A stretch of 59,839 nt of DNA from Octopus bimaculoides. Taxonomy: Eukaryota. A program made the translations under genes and the position numbers. Shown here piece after piece: positions 12,435 to 24,997 of the stretch (position 1 is the stretch's first letter; each line of letters begins with the position of its first letter). The stretch spans positions 120,383,138-120,442,976 of the forward strand of contig NC_068982.1 in the NCBI RefSeq assembly GCF_001194135.2, written 5' to 3'. Below the pieces are notes generated by a model. It saw only the letters and a list, made by a program, of their open reading frames with translations. It did not search any database and had not been told where the DNA came from.

Positions 12435-12636
12435 TTCACATCATTATTTGAAGAAATATGTATTCAGTCCAAGATAACGTCATGGAAACCAGCCTTAATC
12501 ACATCTGTAGAGACTAGTATTGGTCTGTTAAATCTTCAAGCTATCCTACAAAGATTCACAGAATTGTCTCAAACAGGGTGTCATTATTATCTAGATGGAG
12601 TATTGTTTGGATCAGATGATTTCTGTGCTGATATAG
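12435..12636 (+). CDS. CLYBL: CLYBL coding exon 3 (not in the ORF track)
   Basis: ttttaag|TTC ACA; FTSLFEEICIQSKITSWKPALITSVETSIGLLNLQAILQRFTELSQTGCHYYLDGVLFGSDDFCADI-G|gtgagt; 202 nt, phase 0/1; ET..G and FGxxDF motifs. Confidence 0.92.
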
Positions 12637-13761
12637 GTGAGTGATTTGCTATATTGATATCAGCTGCTGCTGTGGTTGTTTTTGTTGTTGTTATTTAACA
12701 TAAAATCAGCTCTGGTCTGGTAGACTTTGATTTGTAATTGAAAGCATTCAAAATGTAACCATCATATTTTGCTTGTCTTTTTCACTAATAGTATGTTTAG
12801 GACCAGATTATCTAAACCAATTTCTTAGATCTGCAAATTGGCAAAGCTGTTAGAGTGGCTCATAGTATCTGTTCCAATTCTATGCACTCTGAGTTCACCC
12901 ATCAATGTCAACTTCACTTTTCATTCTTTCCAGGCCCATAAGAAAAAGTACCAATCTAGGGTAGTCAAATGAAATAATTACTGAAGCATTGGAAGAGCTG
13001 CTTCATAGACACTGGTGTTAAGCTGTGTCAGTCATTGTGAAATACCAATTTTTTGGACAATACTGGTTGGATACAATTTTGTTATGTTGTAAGAATTGCA
13101 TGCACAGGCAACTTGCACAAAATAACCTCTTCCCATATAGATGCAGATATATGATCAACTCTGGCCAACAGAAGTCATGTAGAACTAATATCTCCTTCCT
13201 TTTTAAAAATGGTAGTGTATGACTTGAAAGGTATTTAGTTACTATTTATATCATGGAGTCTTTTTTTATGGTAAAAAATTGAAGTTTGCTAAGTTACTTA
13301 GATACTGGCCTGCTTGCTGAAAAAGTAGTAATTTCTATAATATTAGTTGTTTAATCCAAAGTTCACCTTGCTTATGTAGACTGATGATTAAAGATATTTT
13401 AGTCATGAACATCTTGTCATTTTTATCTAGAATTACATTATCCAATATATCCTTTGTTTTAAGACTGTAAAGTATATGAGAGATCCTTGGCAGCTATTTC
13501 TAGCAGGTCAAGTGACTATACAAAGATGTTATCATTTCCCCTTCTATAATACTAGCAGTGCTGCCCTTCAACTTATTTTTAGATAGTAGGGTATATATTA
13601 AGAAGATTTGGTTACTACTCCTAACAGCTTGAATAACTGCATAAAATCTCCTCAAATTTTAGAAATCTATGTTTTACTAATGATATTACAAAAAGACAAT
13701 GTGAAAGAAATTTGAACTCTAAACTGTTGCTGACACTTATTGTTAAACTTTATATTGGTAG

Positions 13762-13875
13762 GTGCTACCAGAAGTCGAGAAGGGAGTGAATTGTTGTATG
13801 CTCGACAGAAGATAGTTGCTACAGCAAAAGCCTTCCGCCTTCAAGTTATTGATATGGTTGATATTAACTTCAAAG
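13762..13875 (+). CDS. CLYBL: CLYBL coding exon 4
   Basis: ggtag|GT GCT ACC; (G)ATRSREGSELLYARQKIVATAKAFRLQVIDMVDINFK-G|gtaagt; 114 nt, phase 1/1. Confidence 0.94.
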
Positions 13876-14004
13876 GTAAGTCTTCTAGAAGCTTCTTGAC
13901 CATTTCTACTTACTCATGTGTTAATGATTCCGTGTTTAAGTGTAGATTACTTCCACTAGTAGTATTATCTTGACACACAATTGGTCTCTTGTATTTGAAA
14001 ATAT

Positions 14005-14200
14005 TAGTGACTAATCCAGATGGATATAGAATGAGAGGTAGGCCTAAGAACTCGTGGCATAGATCAACAGAAAAGGAACTAGAGAAAGGGGGACATTCAT
14101 GGCAGAGTATAAGTACAGAAGCGAGAAATTATGCAACATGGAATTCAATTATAAGTGGCCTATACTCCTCGTTGGTGGATTAAAGGCAAGAAAGAAGAAA
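14005..14200 (+). mobile_element. RTE-type LINE ORF C-terminal scrap
   Basis: NPDGYRMRGRPKNSWHRSTEKELEKGGHSWQSISTEARNYATWNSIISGLYS, followed by an A-rich tail. Confidence 0.65.
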
Positions 14201-15067
14201 AAAAAAAAGAAGTGACTAAAGTAACCTCTTGCATTTGGAAATATTAACATTAGCAAAGTCTTTGCTATATCTGACAGGAGACTCTTCTAGAAAGCTTTTT
14301 GATCATAAAAATCCTCACCCACCAAAAATTACTTGAATTAAATTTCATGTTGAAGGAACTGTTATGACTATTTGTTCTATCATATGGGCACATTTATTGC
14401 ACTCATTTTCTTCTTTTTCTACATTTATAATCAATCTAATTACTGCTATCTCTATAAAAACACACATTCTTCAGCAGATGACAACTACCACACTTACGTC
14501 ACAAAAATCTCATTTACAGGCAGCCTTACTGATCTTAGAATTCATGTATATCACATTGGTCAAACCATGTAGAAAAATTACCAGTGATCTTCAGCACTTT
14601 ATACACTGGATCTTGACACTCTAGCTTCAACTCAACAGTAACTAAATGTGAAACCATGCGTATCCCTAAAAAGTAAATTCACCGCACTGAATCTTCATTA
14701 CTAACATAAAAAATACAAATACTTTGTACTTCCTACAAAGTGTATACTTTTTTTGTATTTCTAATAACTTTGCATGATGATTTCTGAATTTTTACATAAA
14801 TAAAAACACATCACAAAATTTTTTTAGCCATTCATATGATGAGGTCCTGGATTAGATCTTACTATTTGGCATTCTGTGCAAGTATCTTTATTGTACTCTC
14901 AGGTCAAGCCAAGTTTTTTTAAGTGAAACTGAATAGATAGAAATTGTGTGGAAGCCCTTCAAATTTACTGCCCTTGTAATTCAAAGTGCTAACATTGTCA
15001 CACTGTGTTACACTGATTTGGCTTGGGAATTATGTTAAGGGTACAGAAGTCTGTAGAATACACAACC

Positions 15068-15098
<31 letters not shown>

Positions 15099-16014
15099 NN
15101 NNNNNNNNNNNNNNNNNNNNNNNNNNNNNNNNNNNNNNNNNNNNNNNACATATATATATCTCACACTGCACCACTGTATCAACTAGACTATCGGATGTTG
15201 TTATACACCACTGGTCACAATGCACTTCTTCACATTGTTGTAGCTTTCAAAGGATGTGACCCTGCTGGTTAAGCAAGCAGGCCACCATTCCCTCTAAATG
15301 GAATGTCAATCCATTGCAGGCTTACCTATTTATAGATGAGTTGACTAGAGCAACATCAAATGAAGTGTCTTGGTCAAGAATACAAAACATTGCTCAGTCC
15401 AGAAATTGAACTACAATCTTGTGATCATAAGTGCAACATACTTTAACCAATCTCTCTGGCTGGGTAATCATGTACCTCCTCTATAGCAAGACACCTTCTG
15501 GCTGAGTAACCGTGTACCTCCTCTATAGCAAGATACCTGTTTCTGGTTCTCTGTCCCTCTCTTTCACACTCTAACCTTTCATCAACACCTGCGCCCACTC
15601 TCCTTTCAAAGGATCTTTGTCTTGCAAGTTACTTAGTGACCCTGCTGGTGTCGCTTAAAAGGCATCTAGTCCACACTGTAAAGTGGTTGGCATTTGGAAG
15701 GGCATCCGGCTGTAGAGACCATGCCTGTGCTGGTGTCACATAAAAAGCACTTAGCCAACTCTGCAGAGAGGCTGGTGCTAGGAAGGGCATCCAGCTGTAA
15801 AAAAAAAAACATACCAAAACAGACACAGAAGTATGGTGCAGTCTTCTGCCTGGCCAGCTCCTGTCAAACTGTCCAATCCATGCCAGCATGGAAGGAGAAC
15901 ATTAAACAATGATGATCACACACATACACAATCATTCCCTTTACTGTGCTTCAACAGGTTGGACAGAATTTGTTGACACAGATCTTCGTCATATGCCCTT
16001 CCTGTCACCTTATT

Positions 16015-16067
<53 letters not shown>

Positions 16068-16507
16068 ATTCATCTTACATGTTTTTCCCTTGCTTCCATG
16101 AGTTATTTATTTTGAGACAGTATTTTACAGCCAGATGCTCTTTGTTACCAATCCTTACCTGTTTTACAAGGGATTCATATATATATAGAGAGAGAAAGAT
16201 ACAAAATAACACGGAACATGCCCAAGTTTCAGCACACTGGAATCAAACTCAAAACCACATAGTTGCAAAGTAAACTTTGTATATATATATGTGTATATAG
16301 ATATATGTATGTATATATATATATATGTATATATACATGTATATGTATATATGTACATCTTAACCACACAGCCGTGCCTACTTATTTCAGCTAAAACTAC
16401 AGTTCAATAACAACTTACCATAAAGTGATTAAAAACAGATAAGTTCTCTGTTTACTGCAAATTTCTCTCAGATTTTTTTCCGCAACTTCTCATCTTCATC
16501 TTTCTAG

Positions 16508-16686
16508 ACTTAGATTCACTGAAGATACTCTGTGAGGAAGGTGCCAGAATGGGATTTACTGGGAAGCAAGTTATTCATCCTTCACAGATACCAATAGTCC
16601 AAGCAGCTTTTAATCCCTCACCAGAGAAAGTAGCATGGGCTGCAGAGCTCATTAAACAGTTTGAAGAACATCAAATCCAGGGGAAG
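16508..16686 (+). CDS. CLYBL: CLYBL coding exon 5
   Basis: tttctag|AC TTA GAT; (D)LDSLKILCEEGARMGFTGKQVIHPSQIPIVQAAFNPSPEKVAWAAELIKQFEEHQIQGK|gttggt; 179 nt, phase 1/0; GFTGKQVIHP motif. Confidence 0.94.
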
Positions 16687-19523
16687 GTTGGTTTGTTTAC
16701 ATTATATTGTGAGTTTTATCCATTTATCCATGCTTGCATCAATTAAGATGGGTTATATTATAGTCAAGCATTCTCACTAGAACAAACAGATATTCTAAAA
16801 TGGCTGGAAAAATTTGAAGGTTTGCAGTGGTACAATGGTGGGACGTCTGCCGTGTTTACAGATGTGGTTTCGTCTCATGGGCAACCTTCGACTTTTCCCA
16901 TTCAAGGGATTTTTTAATCCAATATTTACATGCTATTATTTATGAGCTCCACGTTAAAAACAATTTACTTCTACTGATCATTTTGAAGTCTCTGAATTGA
17001 ATATACTTTGCTGAAGAGATTTAATAGTATCAAAACATGTTCGTTGCTTTTACCACTTTGTTTTAAAGACAATATCCACTTCTAATTGCATTGTCTTTAT
17101 TTTTCCAAAATTTTGAATTAGCTGCTACTGGAGTTATCTCCCGTGCTTAACTTTATACATACATACACACACACACACACATATATTTATATCTAATATA
17201 GGATAAAATTTTCAAAAAATTTTATCAGTGGCCAGCATATTAAAAATTACTCTTTAAGGTGAAAATTATAAACAACTTATAAATAGAATTGACGATTTAA
17301 AGTCTATTCTCAGCATAGAAATTTTCTTTTCTTTTGCCCTTAACGTCCGTCTTCCACACTGGCATGGGTTGAACAGTTTGCTGGCAAGCTGAAGATTCCA
17401 GTCTGATTGAGCTTGGTTTTTATGGCTTGATGCCCTTCCTAATGCCTACCACTTTAGTGTGTGTTGGGTGCTTTTTAACGTGGCACCAGCACAAAGGCTT
17501 TTATGTGACGCTAGCTTGAGTGTTTTTATATGGCACCAGCCCTTGACTCTAGCAAACCAATCTTCTTCACCAGGGGAAGCAGCCAGCCTTAACACTTCTG
17601 CTGTGGGGAACAGGATAATGACGATGAGCTTCTTTCAGTTTCCATCTATGAAATGCACACTCACTTAAAATACTATTAGTTATTTTTGTGTCCCAACATG
17701 TCCTTTCCAAGCCCCAACAAACAACATATGTATTGCTTTGTGAACAAATTAAATAAAAGAAGAAACATAGAATATTTATTATAGACTAAGGGTCAACATT
17801 AGTATTAGAATTACGGTTGTTACATTAAAAAAAATGAATTAAACAAACTTTCACATCACTTGAAGACTTGTGTAGATGTAAAAATAACCAATATCCTTAC
17901 AGTTCTGAATAGAGAAACTCATTACTTCAGTAGAAACATATTTTATTTAATATATATCATCATCATCATCGTTTAACGTCCGCTTTCCATGCTAGCATGG
18001 GTTGGACGATTTGACTGAGGACTGGTGCAACCGGATGGCTACACCAGGCTCCAATCTAATTTGGCAGAGTTTCTACAGCTGGATGCCCTTCCTAACGCCA
18101 ACCACTCAGAGAGTGTAGTGGGTGCTTTTACATGTCACCCGCACGAAATGGTGTCTTTTATGTGCCACCCGCACAAGAGCCAGTCCAGGGGCACTGGCAA
18201 CGATCTCGCTCGAAAACGCTACAAGACCAGTCAGGCGGTACTGGCAACGGTCACACTCAGGATGGTACANNNNNNNNNNNNNNNNNNNNNNNNNNNNNNN
18301 NNNNNNNNNNNNNNNNNNNNNNNNNNNNNNNNNNNNNNNNNNNNNNNNNNNNNNNNNNNNNNNNNNNNNNNNNNNNNNNNNNNNNNNNNNNNNNNNNNNN
18401 NNNNNNNNNNNNNNNNNNNNNNNNNNNNNNNNNNNNNNNNNNNNNNNNNNNNNNNNNNNNNNNNNNNNNNNNNNNNNNNNNNNNNNNNNNNNNNNNNNNN
18501 NNNNNNNNNNNNNNNNNNNNNNNNNNNNNNNNNNNNNNNNNNNNNNNNNNNNNNNNNNNNNNNNNNNNNNNNNNNNNNNNNNNNNNNNNNNNNNNNNNNN
18601 NNNNNNNNNNNNNNNNNNNNNNNNNNNNNNNNNNNNNNNNNNNNNNNNNNNNNNNNNNNNNNNNNNNNNNNNNNNNNNNNNNNNNNNNNNNNNNNNNNNN
18701 NNNNNNNNNNNNNNNNNNNNNNNNNNNNNNNNNNNNNNNNNNNNNNNNNNNNNNNNNNNNNNNNNNNNNNNNNNNNNNNNNNNNNNNNNNNNNNNNNNNN
18801 NNNNNNNNNNNNNNNNNNNNNNNNNNNNNNNNNNNNNNNNNNNNNNNNNNNNNNNNNNNNNNNNNNNNNNNNNNNNNNNNNNNNNNNNNNNNNNNNNNNN
18901 NNNNNNNNNNNNNNNNNNNNNNNNNNNNNNNNNNNNNNNNNNNNNNNNNNNNNNNNNNNNNNNNNNNNNNNNNNNNNNNNNNNNNNNNNNNNNNNNNNNN
19001 NNNNNNNNNNNNNNNNNNNNNNNNNNNNNNNNNNNNNNNNNNNNNNNNNNNNNNNNNNNNNNNNNNNNNNNNNNNNNNNNNNNNNNNTTATATATATATT
19101 AAACCTATTGTTTGAAAAACAATTTTATATTAATAAAATTATATTTGATAACTACTTATACTAATTTCTCCTAAAAACTGAAAACTTTTGTTTTATACAC
19201 CACAAAAATATACACTACAATTTGCATACATATATATATATATATGTAAAAAATTACTCTTTTACTTATATATATATTAAACCTATTGTTTGAAAAACAA
19301 TTTTATATTAATAAAATTATATTTGATAACTACTTATACTAATTTCTCCTAAAAACTGAAAACTTTTGTTTTATACACCACAAAAATATACACTACAATT
19401 TGCATACATATATATATATATATGCTTATGGAAGGAGGATGTTGTTGATGATACTTGACTGAAACTTTTAAATTCATCATTGGTTCTATTTCTAATTCCT
19501 TTACTTTTTCTTCTTTCTTGCAG

Positions 19524-19604
19524 GGGGCCTTCACATATCACGGCCAGATGATCGACATGCCTTTGTTATTACAAGCCAAGAATATTGTCAAAATGGCAAA
19601 TTAA
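19524..19604 (+). CDS. CLYBL: CLYBL coding exon 6 (terminal)
   Basis: ttcttgcag|GGG GCC TTC; GAFTYHGQMIDMPLLLQAKNIVKMAN-TAA. The six exons sum to 1011 nt = 336 aa plus stop. Confidence 0.94.
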   Translation, partial: GAFTYHGQMIDMPLLLQAKNIVKMAN

Positions 19605-19690
19605 CACTGACATTCACAAAAACAAAAATTATTTTTTTACTATTTATTTTTTTCTTGTTGATTAATATTGTTGTTTTAGCAACTGTGAGG

Positions 19691-19696
19691 AATAAA
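19691..19696 (+). promoter_or_regulatory. Candidate polyadenylation signal for CLYBL
   Basis: First AATAAA after the stop codon, 87 nt downstream, followed by a T-rich tract; use is unverified. Confidence 0.35.
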
Positions 19697-20559
19697 TTGT
19701 TTTAATTGTAAACTCTTACTTTTTATTCAGTTTTAAAATCCATTGTATTTGTTGTTTAGACCCTGGTCTGTTTTAGTTCTCCATTTTTTTTTTCTCATAT
19801 AACATTATTTTAAAACATTATCCATTTTCAAAAGCAGTTTAGTTGTAATTTGAGAAAGATCTAGCTGCTATTCTTTAGTACTTCGAGTAGCTACTAAGAA
19901 GCTACATCTTTGATGCATTTGCTTGTTTTTTTTTTCTTTTGTTAGTCCTCAGAAATTTCAAATAAAAAAAACAAATTAAAGTAATTATTTCATTCTTGGA
20001 ATATCCACAAGGAGAGAGCACCTCTCTGTTGAGAAACTCATTATTCAAACGATTGATGCTAAACTTAAGGCAAGTTCTTTTTACCTTTAGTTACCAATCT
20101 CCCCACCACCACCATCATTGTTATCATCATCAGTGTTTAAATACTTTCTTTGTGTCTTTGTTCATGTCAACAATTACCTGCCTAAAGCAATTTTTTACTA
20201 TGTTTTGTTCATTCCTATCGTTTGACCATAAAATTTATTAATACCTACATCACACAACTGTGTGGGTTTCTTTTTTTTTTTTCCATCAAAATGTTAGGAG
20301 CCTCAGATTTTCTTAAGATGAGTATCTATTGAAACATTTTGCAGCAATTAATGTATCAGTAGTGTTTCATAAAGAAAGTCTGAACATCATATTTGTGAAT
20401 TTAGATAAGATGACACTTGTCTTTGTTAATTGGTATGAATTTTTATTTTGGAATACCAAATATAGTCAAAGTTTTGCTTTGTTGACAGTTATACTTAAGG
20501 TATCTTTACATTTCTAGGTGTGAAACATAGGTAATGAACATGGAAAAGCAGAACAGAAA

Positions 20560-20860
20560 TGAGAATGATTTTCTAGCTAAGTGAAGTATCTCTGCAAGAG
20601 GAAAACAAACAATGAATTGCAGAAAATGATGGAAATAGAATCAGTGACAGATGTTATGAAGAGAAATGGAATGTGATGGCTTGGTCACGTGCTGAGGGAA
20701 AATGAAAGTAGCTTAGTGAGAGGAGTGATAGAAATGATTGTGGAAGGTAGTAGATGAAGAGGAAGACCTACAAAGATATGGCTGGAGATAGCTGGGAAAG
20801 AAATGAGGGTAAAATGAACAAAGTTAACTCCTGTTTTTGCTGGGAAAAATAGCCTTAAAA
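20560..20860 (+). mobile_element. Degenerate RTE ORF C-terminal fragment in the intergenic 3' region
   Basis: WLGHVLRENESSLVRGVIEMIVEGSR*RGRPTKIW. Confidence 0.6.
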
Positions 20861-21913
20861 TGTTTGTTGTATCATTGGTTTTGTATGGAGATATTTAGAC
20901 AATCTGGTTTTTACATTAGATCATCAAATTTGCTATTTTGCATACAGTAAGCTGCTCTAAAGTAGTGCTGAGTATCTGAATTTATATGTTTTGGTTCAAA
21001 GTAGTTATTTTGTTTTGTTTTTAATGGCATCATGTGTTTCATCTTTTAGAGTATTGTTCTTGGAGCTTTTATGTCAAAGATTAAAATATTTCACCTAATA
21101 TCAAAGAAAGAATATCATTACAGTTAAAACCTGCTTCAATTAGAAACGTTTTTTTTCTAGTTGATAACTGCAGTCAATTCATGCATATGCATGCTGATGT
21201 CACATAAAAACACCCATTACCAGTATCATATAAAAAGCACTCATGTCTGTGTCACATAAGCACCCATGCTGGTGTCATATATAAAGCACCAGTGCTAGTG
21301 CCACATAAAAGGCACCCAGTACACTGTGAAAAGTAGTTGGCATTAGGAAGGGCATCTGACCACCCATAGAAACCATGCCAAAACAGACAACTTGGGCCTG
21401 ATGAAACTCCCTGGTTGACCAGCACCTGTCCAACCTATGCCAACGTAGAAAATGGATGTTAAATGATGAGGACAATGAATATTTTGTTTCAACTTACTTT
21501 CATTTATGCCTTCTCTTTTGTCTCAATGGTAAGCAAGGAATTGCTCAGCATTACACACTGTGAGTTGACTGAGTCCCTAACCTACTGGCTAACAGAAGCA
21601 CTACTAAAGTCCATGCTTCTATTTAGAATATATCCAGTCCAAGTCAGTTTGTCTGAGGTAGGGAGGCATCTTTGTGTGAACTACATATGCAAGAAGAACT
21701 GCTGTCTGCACTGCTGGCTACAGCTAAAAAAAAAATAGTTATCATACTTGCAAATGGTATCTTTTTACAGCTAGGTGGACTGACACATTTAAGGGATTAA
21801 TGTCTTCACTATAGATACAATATATGCCTTTAACAGAATGTCACAGGCATATATTGACAAGAATATCTTCTCAACTGGTTCTCAATATTCTATTCATTTA
21901 ACTTGTTGCTCGA

Positions 21914-22077
21914 TAACCTGTTAACTCAGTAAATTGCTTGATACCCTGCTCTCTCAGTAGGTTGTCAGTACCCTGTTAACTTGGCTGGTTATTCTGTGCC
22001 CTGTTCACATCTGATTAGTTAGTAACCTGTTGATTTGTTTGTTGTCCAGTGTCCTGTTCACTCAGCTATCTGTGCTG
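21914..22077. repeat. Degenerate 26-28-bp minisatellite, 6 units
   Basis: Units begin at 21914, 21942, 21969, 21997, 22023 and 22050 with consensus TACCCTGTTAACTCAG-. Confidence 0.7.
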
Positions 22078-22515
22078 AGTCAGCAAGGTTATGGAAAAAT
22101 TGGTAATTTTTAAATCAATATCTCAATAAGAGGTTTCCCAGCCTTTTTATTTTGGGGGAACCCTTGAAATGCATTTCATATTTCAGAGACCCCTACATAA
22201 AAATTATTTTCATACCCTTATTAATCTTTTTCTTTCTCTTTTGTGATTACTAGAAAATATATGCAGTATTCATCACGTACATTTTTTTGTTTTTGTTTTC
22301 TATATTCTTCTGAGCCCAAATGCAACAATAATAGCATGAAATAACAGAAAATATAAGGCATTTAATGATAAAAATATATATTGTTACATATTTTTTTTAG
22401 AAGTAAACAGATATAATGAAAAGAAACTTGAAAATTGTGCAAATATAATTTCTTCTGCAATACTTAAAGCGCCCATCTTTTGACATTTTACTTGAAATAT
22501 GGTAAAAACTGAAGT

Positions 22516-22616
22516 TTAGTCTTTACCAACAATCTGTACAGATTTCTGGAGGATATTTGAACTAATTTTCCGAGCAGTATTTGGTTGTTGACCTCCAGCA
22601 TATATAATTAGTTCAC
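22516..22616 (-). CDS. GH3 exon 12 (terminal; not in the ORF track)
   Basis: ttttctag|GT GAA CTA; (G)ELIIYAGGQQPNTARKISSNILQKSVQIVGKD-TAA. The twelve exons sum to 2232 nt = 743 aa plus stop. Confidence 0.9.
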
Positions 22617-24034
22617 CTAGAAAATGAGAAATTAATCTTATTTTACTGAAGTCACAAAAATGGTTACATCACAATAACATAGCAACGTATTGCGCAGCAT
22701 TTCACCTTGACCAGATGACATCACATCCATCTTATGGTATTCCCCTTTATCATGACAATACACTAATAGATGAGTTTACAATCATTTCTACCAATCCTTA
22801 GCCCTCAAATGTCCTCACCAAATCAGTAGAATAATCATTTTCTCTTGGCCTCCTGAATATATGCAGACATTTTAAGTTTGTCCATGTTCCTGACAAGCAG
22901 CACTTTGGATAAATGTCTTCTATCACAGCCTTGGATTGACCAAAGCTTTCTTAGTGAAATTTGACAGACAGAAACTGTGTAAATCTGTTAAAGGGACAGT
23001 TTCATTTCTCCATGGTAGATATAATATGTCAACCAGTATTACACCACAGACTGGCCCTTGGTTGCATTTAACAGAGTCCACTCTTTGCAAGCAATCAAGC
23101 TTCCTAGAAACCCTGAATAAAATCATGGGTGAAACCCTCTCTCCTAGGTACATAGACAGAATGCCGAATGCACTTTTGCCAAGAGACACACTGCTGAATG
23201 GACATAAAGTCAAAAATATATACGAAAATTAAAATATTTGATATAATTGCCAAATTGGTGAATTGGTCATTAAGCTATGTAGGTAGGAATGTTTTTTAAT
23301 TTTCTTTTTTGTGTCTGTTCGGTTTCTTGTCTTTCGGTAAAAGTGCATTCGGCATCTTGCCTGCACATGCTCTCCTATGTCTGAAGCCATTAAAAGCAAG
23401 TTGTATAGAAACAACAGCTACAAACATGTTACATAACAATTATTGCATAGCAAAGATATTTACACAAGTTAGACCACCATAGCAACAACAATAAATATAT
23501 GATTACAAAAGTCCCATAGCAAAAACAAAGATATCCAAGAAAGTCAATAAGTCTGTGATTTTTTAGTATTGGAAGAAAACAGTCAGATATTATAAGAGGA
23601 AGATTCAGAACTGTCATGAGAAGTAAACTCAAACATTCAGCACAAATTCCTTGTTTAAAGGGTCTTGTCCAAATATATAGTCTGCCCTTCTAACAGCACA
23701 TTGATATACCCAACATAGGAGTTTCTACTTTATCACAAGGCCTACTGGAAATAGCAGCCTATTATTCCTCAAATCACATCCTACCATCTTGAAATAAAGG
23801 CTCTTCAATGTAACCCTAGATATTAAATAACTGAAAAAATGATTGGATGGTCACAGCTGGAATGTCTTTGGTCATACAACTACTTGATTGGGGTTAAAGA
23901 GCAACAACATACCCATCTCTTGTTAAATCAGCAGACCAAATAAACTCTTCTTGTAAGAGAGAAAAGTAGATGTAAAATTAATACATAGCCACATTATTAG
24001 TGTGATGATGTATTAAAAATCAGAATTTGCTTAC

Positions 24035-24209
24035 CTTCTTCAACAACAAATCCTCTTTTGCTGTCCCAAACTGCCATTTGATCTGGTTCAATAATGAAAT
24101 CAATTTTAATTTGTTTCTTAACTTGGATGAAATTACGACTGAATCCAGCTAATTGTAACTTTGGCATAGGTACAGATGAATTGCGCCAGGAAATATAAAT
24201 TTGGGTAAC
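24035..24209 (-). CDS. GH3 exon 11 (FnIII-like C-terminal domain; not in the ORF track)
   Basis: cttacag|VTQIYISWRNSSVPMPKLQLAGFSRNFIQVKKQIKIDFIIEPDQMAVWDSKRGFVVEE-G|gtaagc; 175 nt. Confidence 0.92.
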
Positions 24210-24796
24210 CTGTAAGAAATATTGATGAAAAGTCTGAAATTATCTATAGCGTTATTGTTATAACAATTATAATCTTCATTGTACCTCAGAAATGTTCATC
24301 TCACTTGAGTGACCCTAGATGACAGAAATAGCTACCAGATCACTAGCTCTTCTGAAAAATGTTATATGAAATAAACTAGTAGCCTGTTAGAAGGTTTATC
24401 TTACTTCTGTTCAATGCACTAATTAATTATCACTTGGGAGCCTAAAGACAAATTACCTATGTACTTTTGATCAGTATACTCTCAAATTCCTATGACATAA
24501 AATATACCATCACCTCAACTTGCCTTCCTTTTCTCATAATGTATTTGATGTATTAACTTTTTTTCTCCCTCTGCCTTTATTTTTTCTGCAGTTATCACTA
24601 TACAATTATTTAGAAAGGACATCAATCTCATCAATCTCACTGGTCCTTCAGAGACCTACAGCGGTCAAGAATACAGCTCTTTCCTCTACATCAAGCCATT
24701 AAAAAAAGACCATCTTATTCACCACCTCCCTTGCACTGAACCTTACATACAAGTTAATGTTGCACATGAAATATTGCAGAATAATAATTTACTCAC

Positions 24797-24997
24797 CTCA
24801 TCACCATCAAATGGTCCTTTGTTGCCCACAGTGACAGATAAATGGATAAGATTACCAACAGTAATTTTTTCTGGTACATTTAGCTGGGAGTAAAAAAACT
24901 CAGAATAAGAAAGACCATATCCAAAAGGATATAATGGTTTTCCATTAAAATAGCGATAAGTTCTACCATCCATGGAATAATTAATCATTGGAGGAAC
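24797..24997 (-). CDS. GH3 exon 10
   Basis: tttcag|VPPMINYSMDGRTYRYFNGKPLYPFGYGLSYSEFFYSQLNVPEKITVGNLIHLSVTVGNKGPFDGDE|gtgagt; 201 nt; GRTYRYF and PFGYGLSY motifs. Confidence 0.94.

Noticed and set aside
19088-19420. Perfect ~150-bp direct duplication with a 178-bp period
   Set aside because: It starts exactly at the edge of an N gap and the copies are identical, so it is most likely a scaffolding overlap artefact.
21914-22077. CRISPR-like repeat/spacer periodicity
   Set aside because: The repeats are short and degenerate, the total period is only ~27 bp, there are no cas genes, and the context is eukaryotic and intron-rich.
22936-23232. 98-aa ORF nested antisense in GH3 intron 11
   Set aside because: It has a TTG start, no recognisable domain or splice signals, and overlaps an inverted-repeat element and probable decayed LINE sequence.
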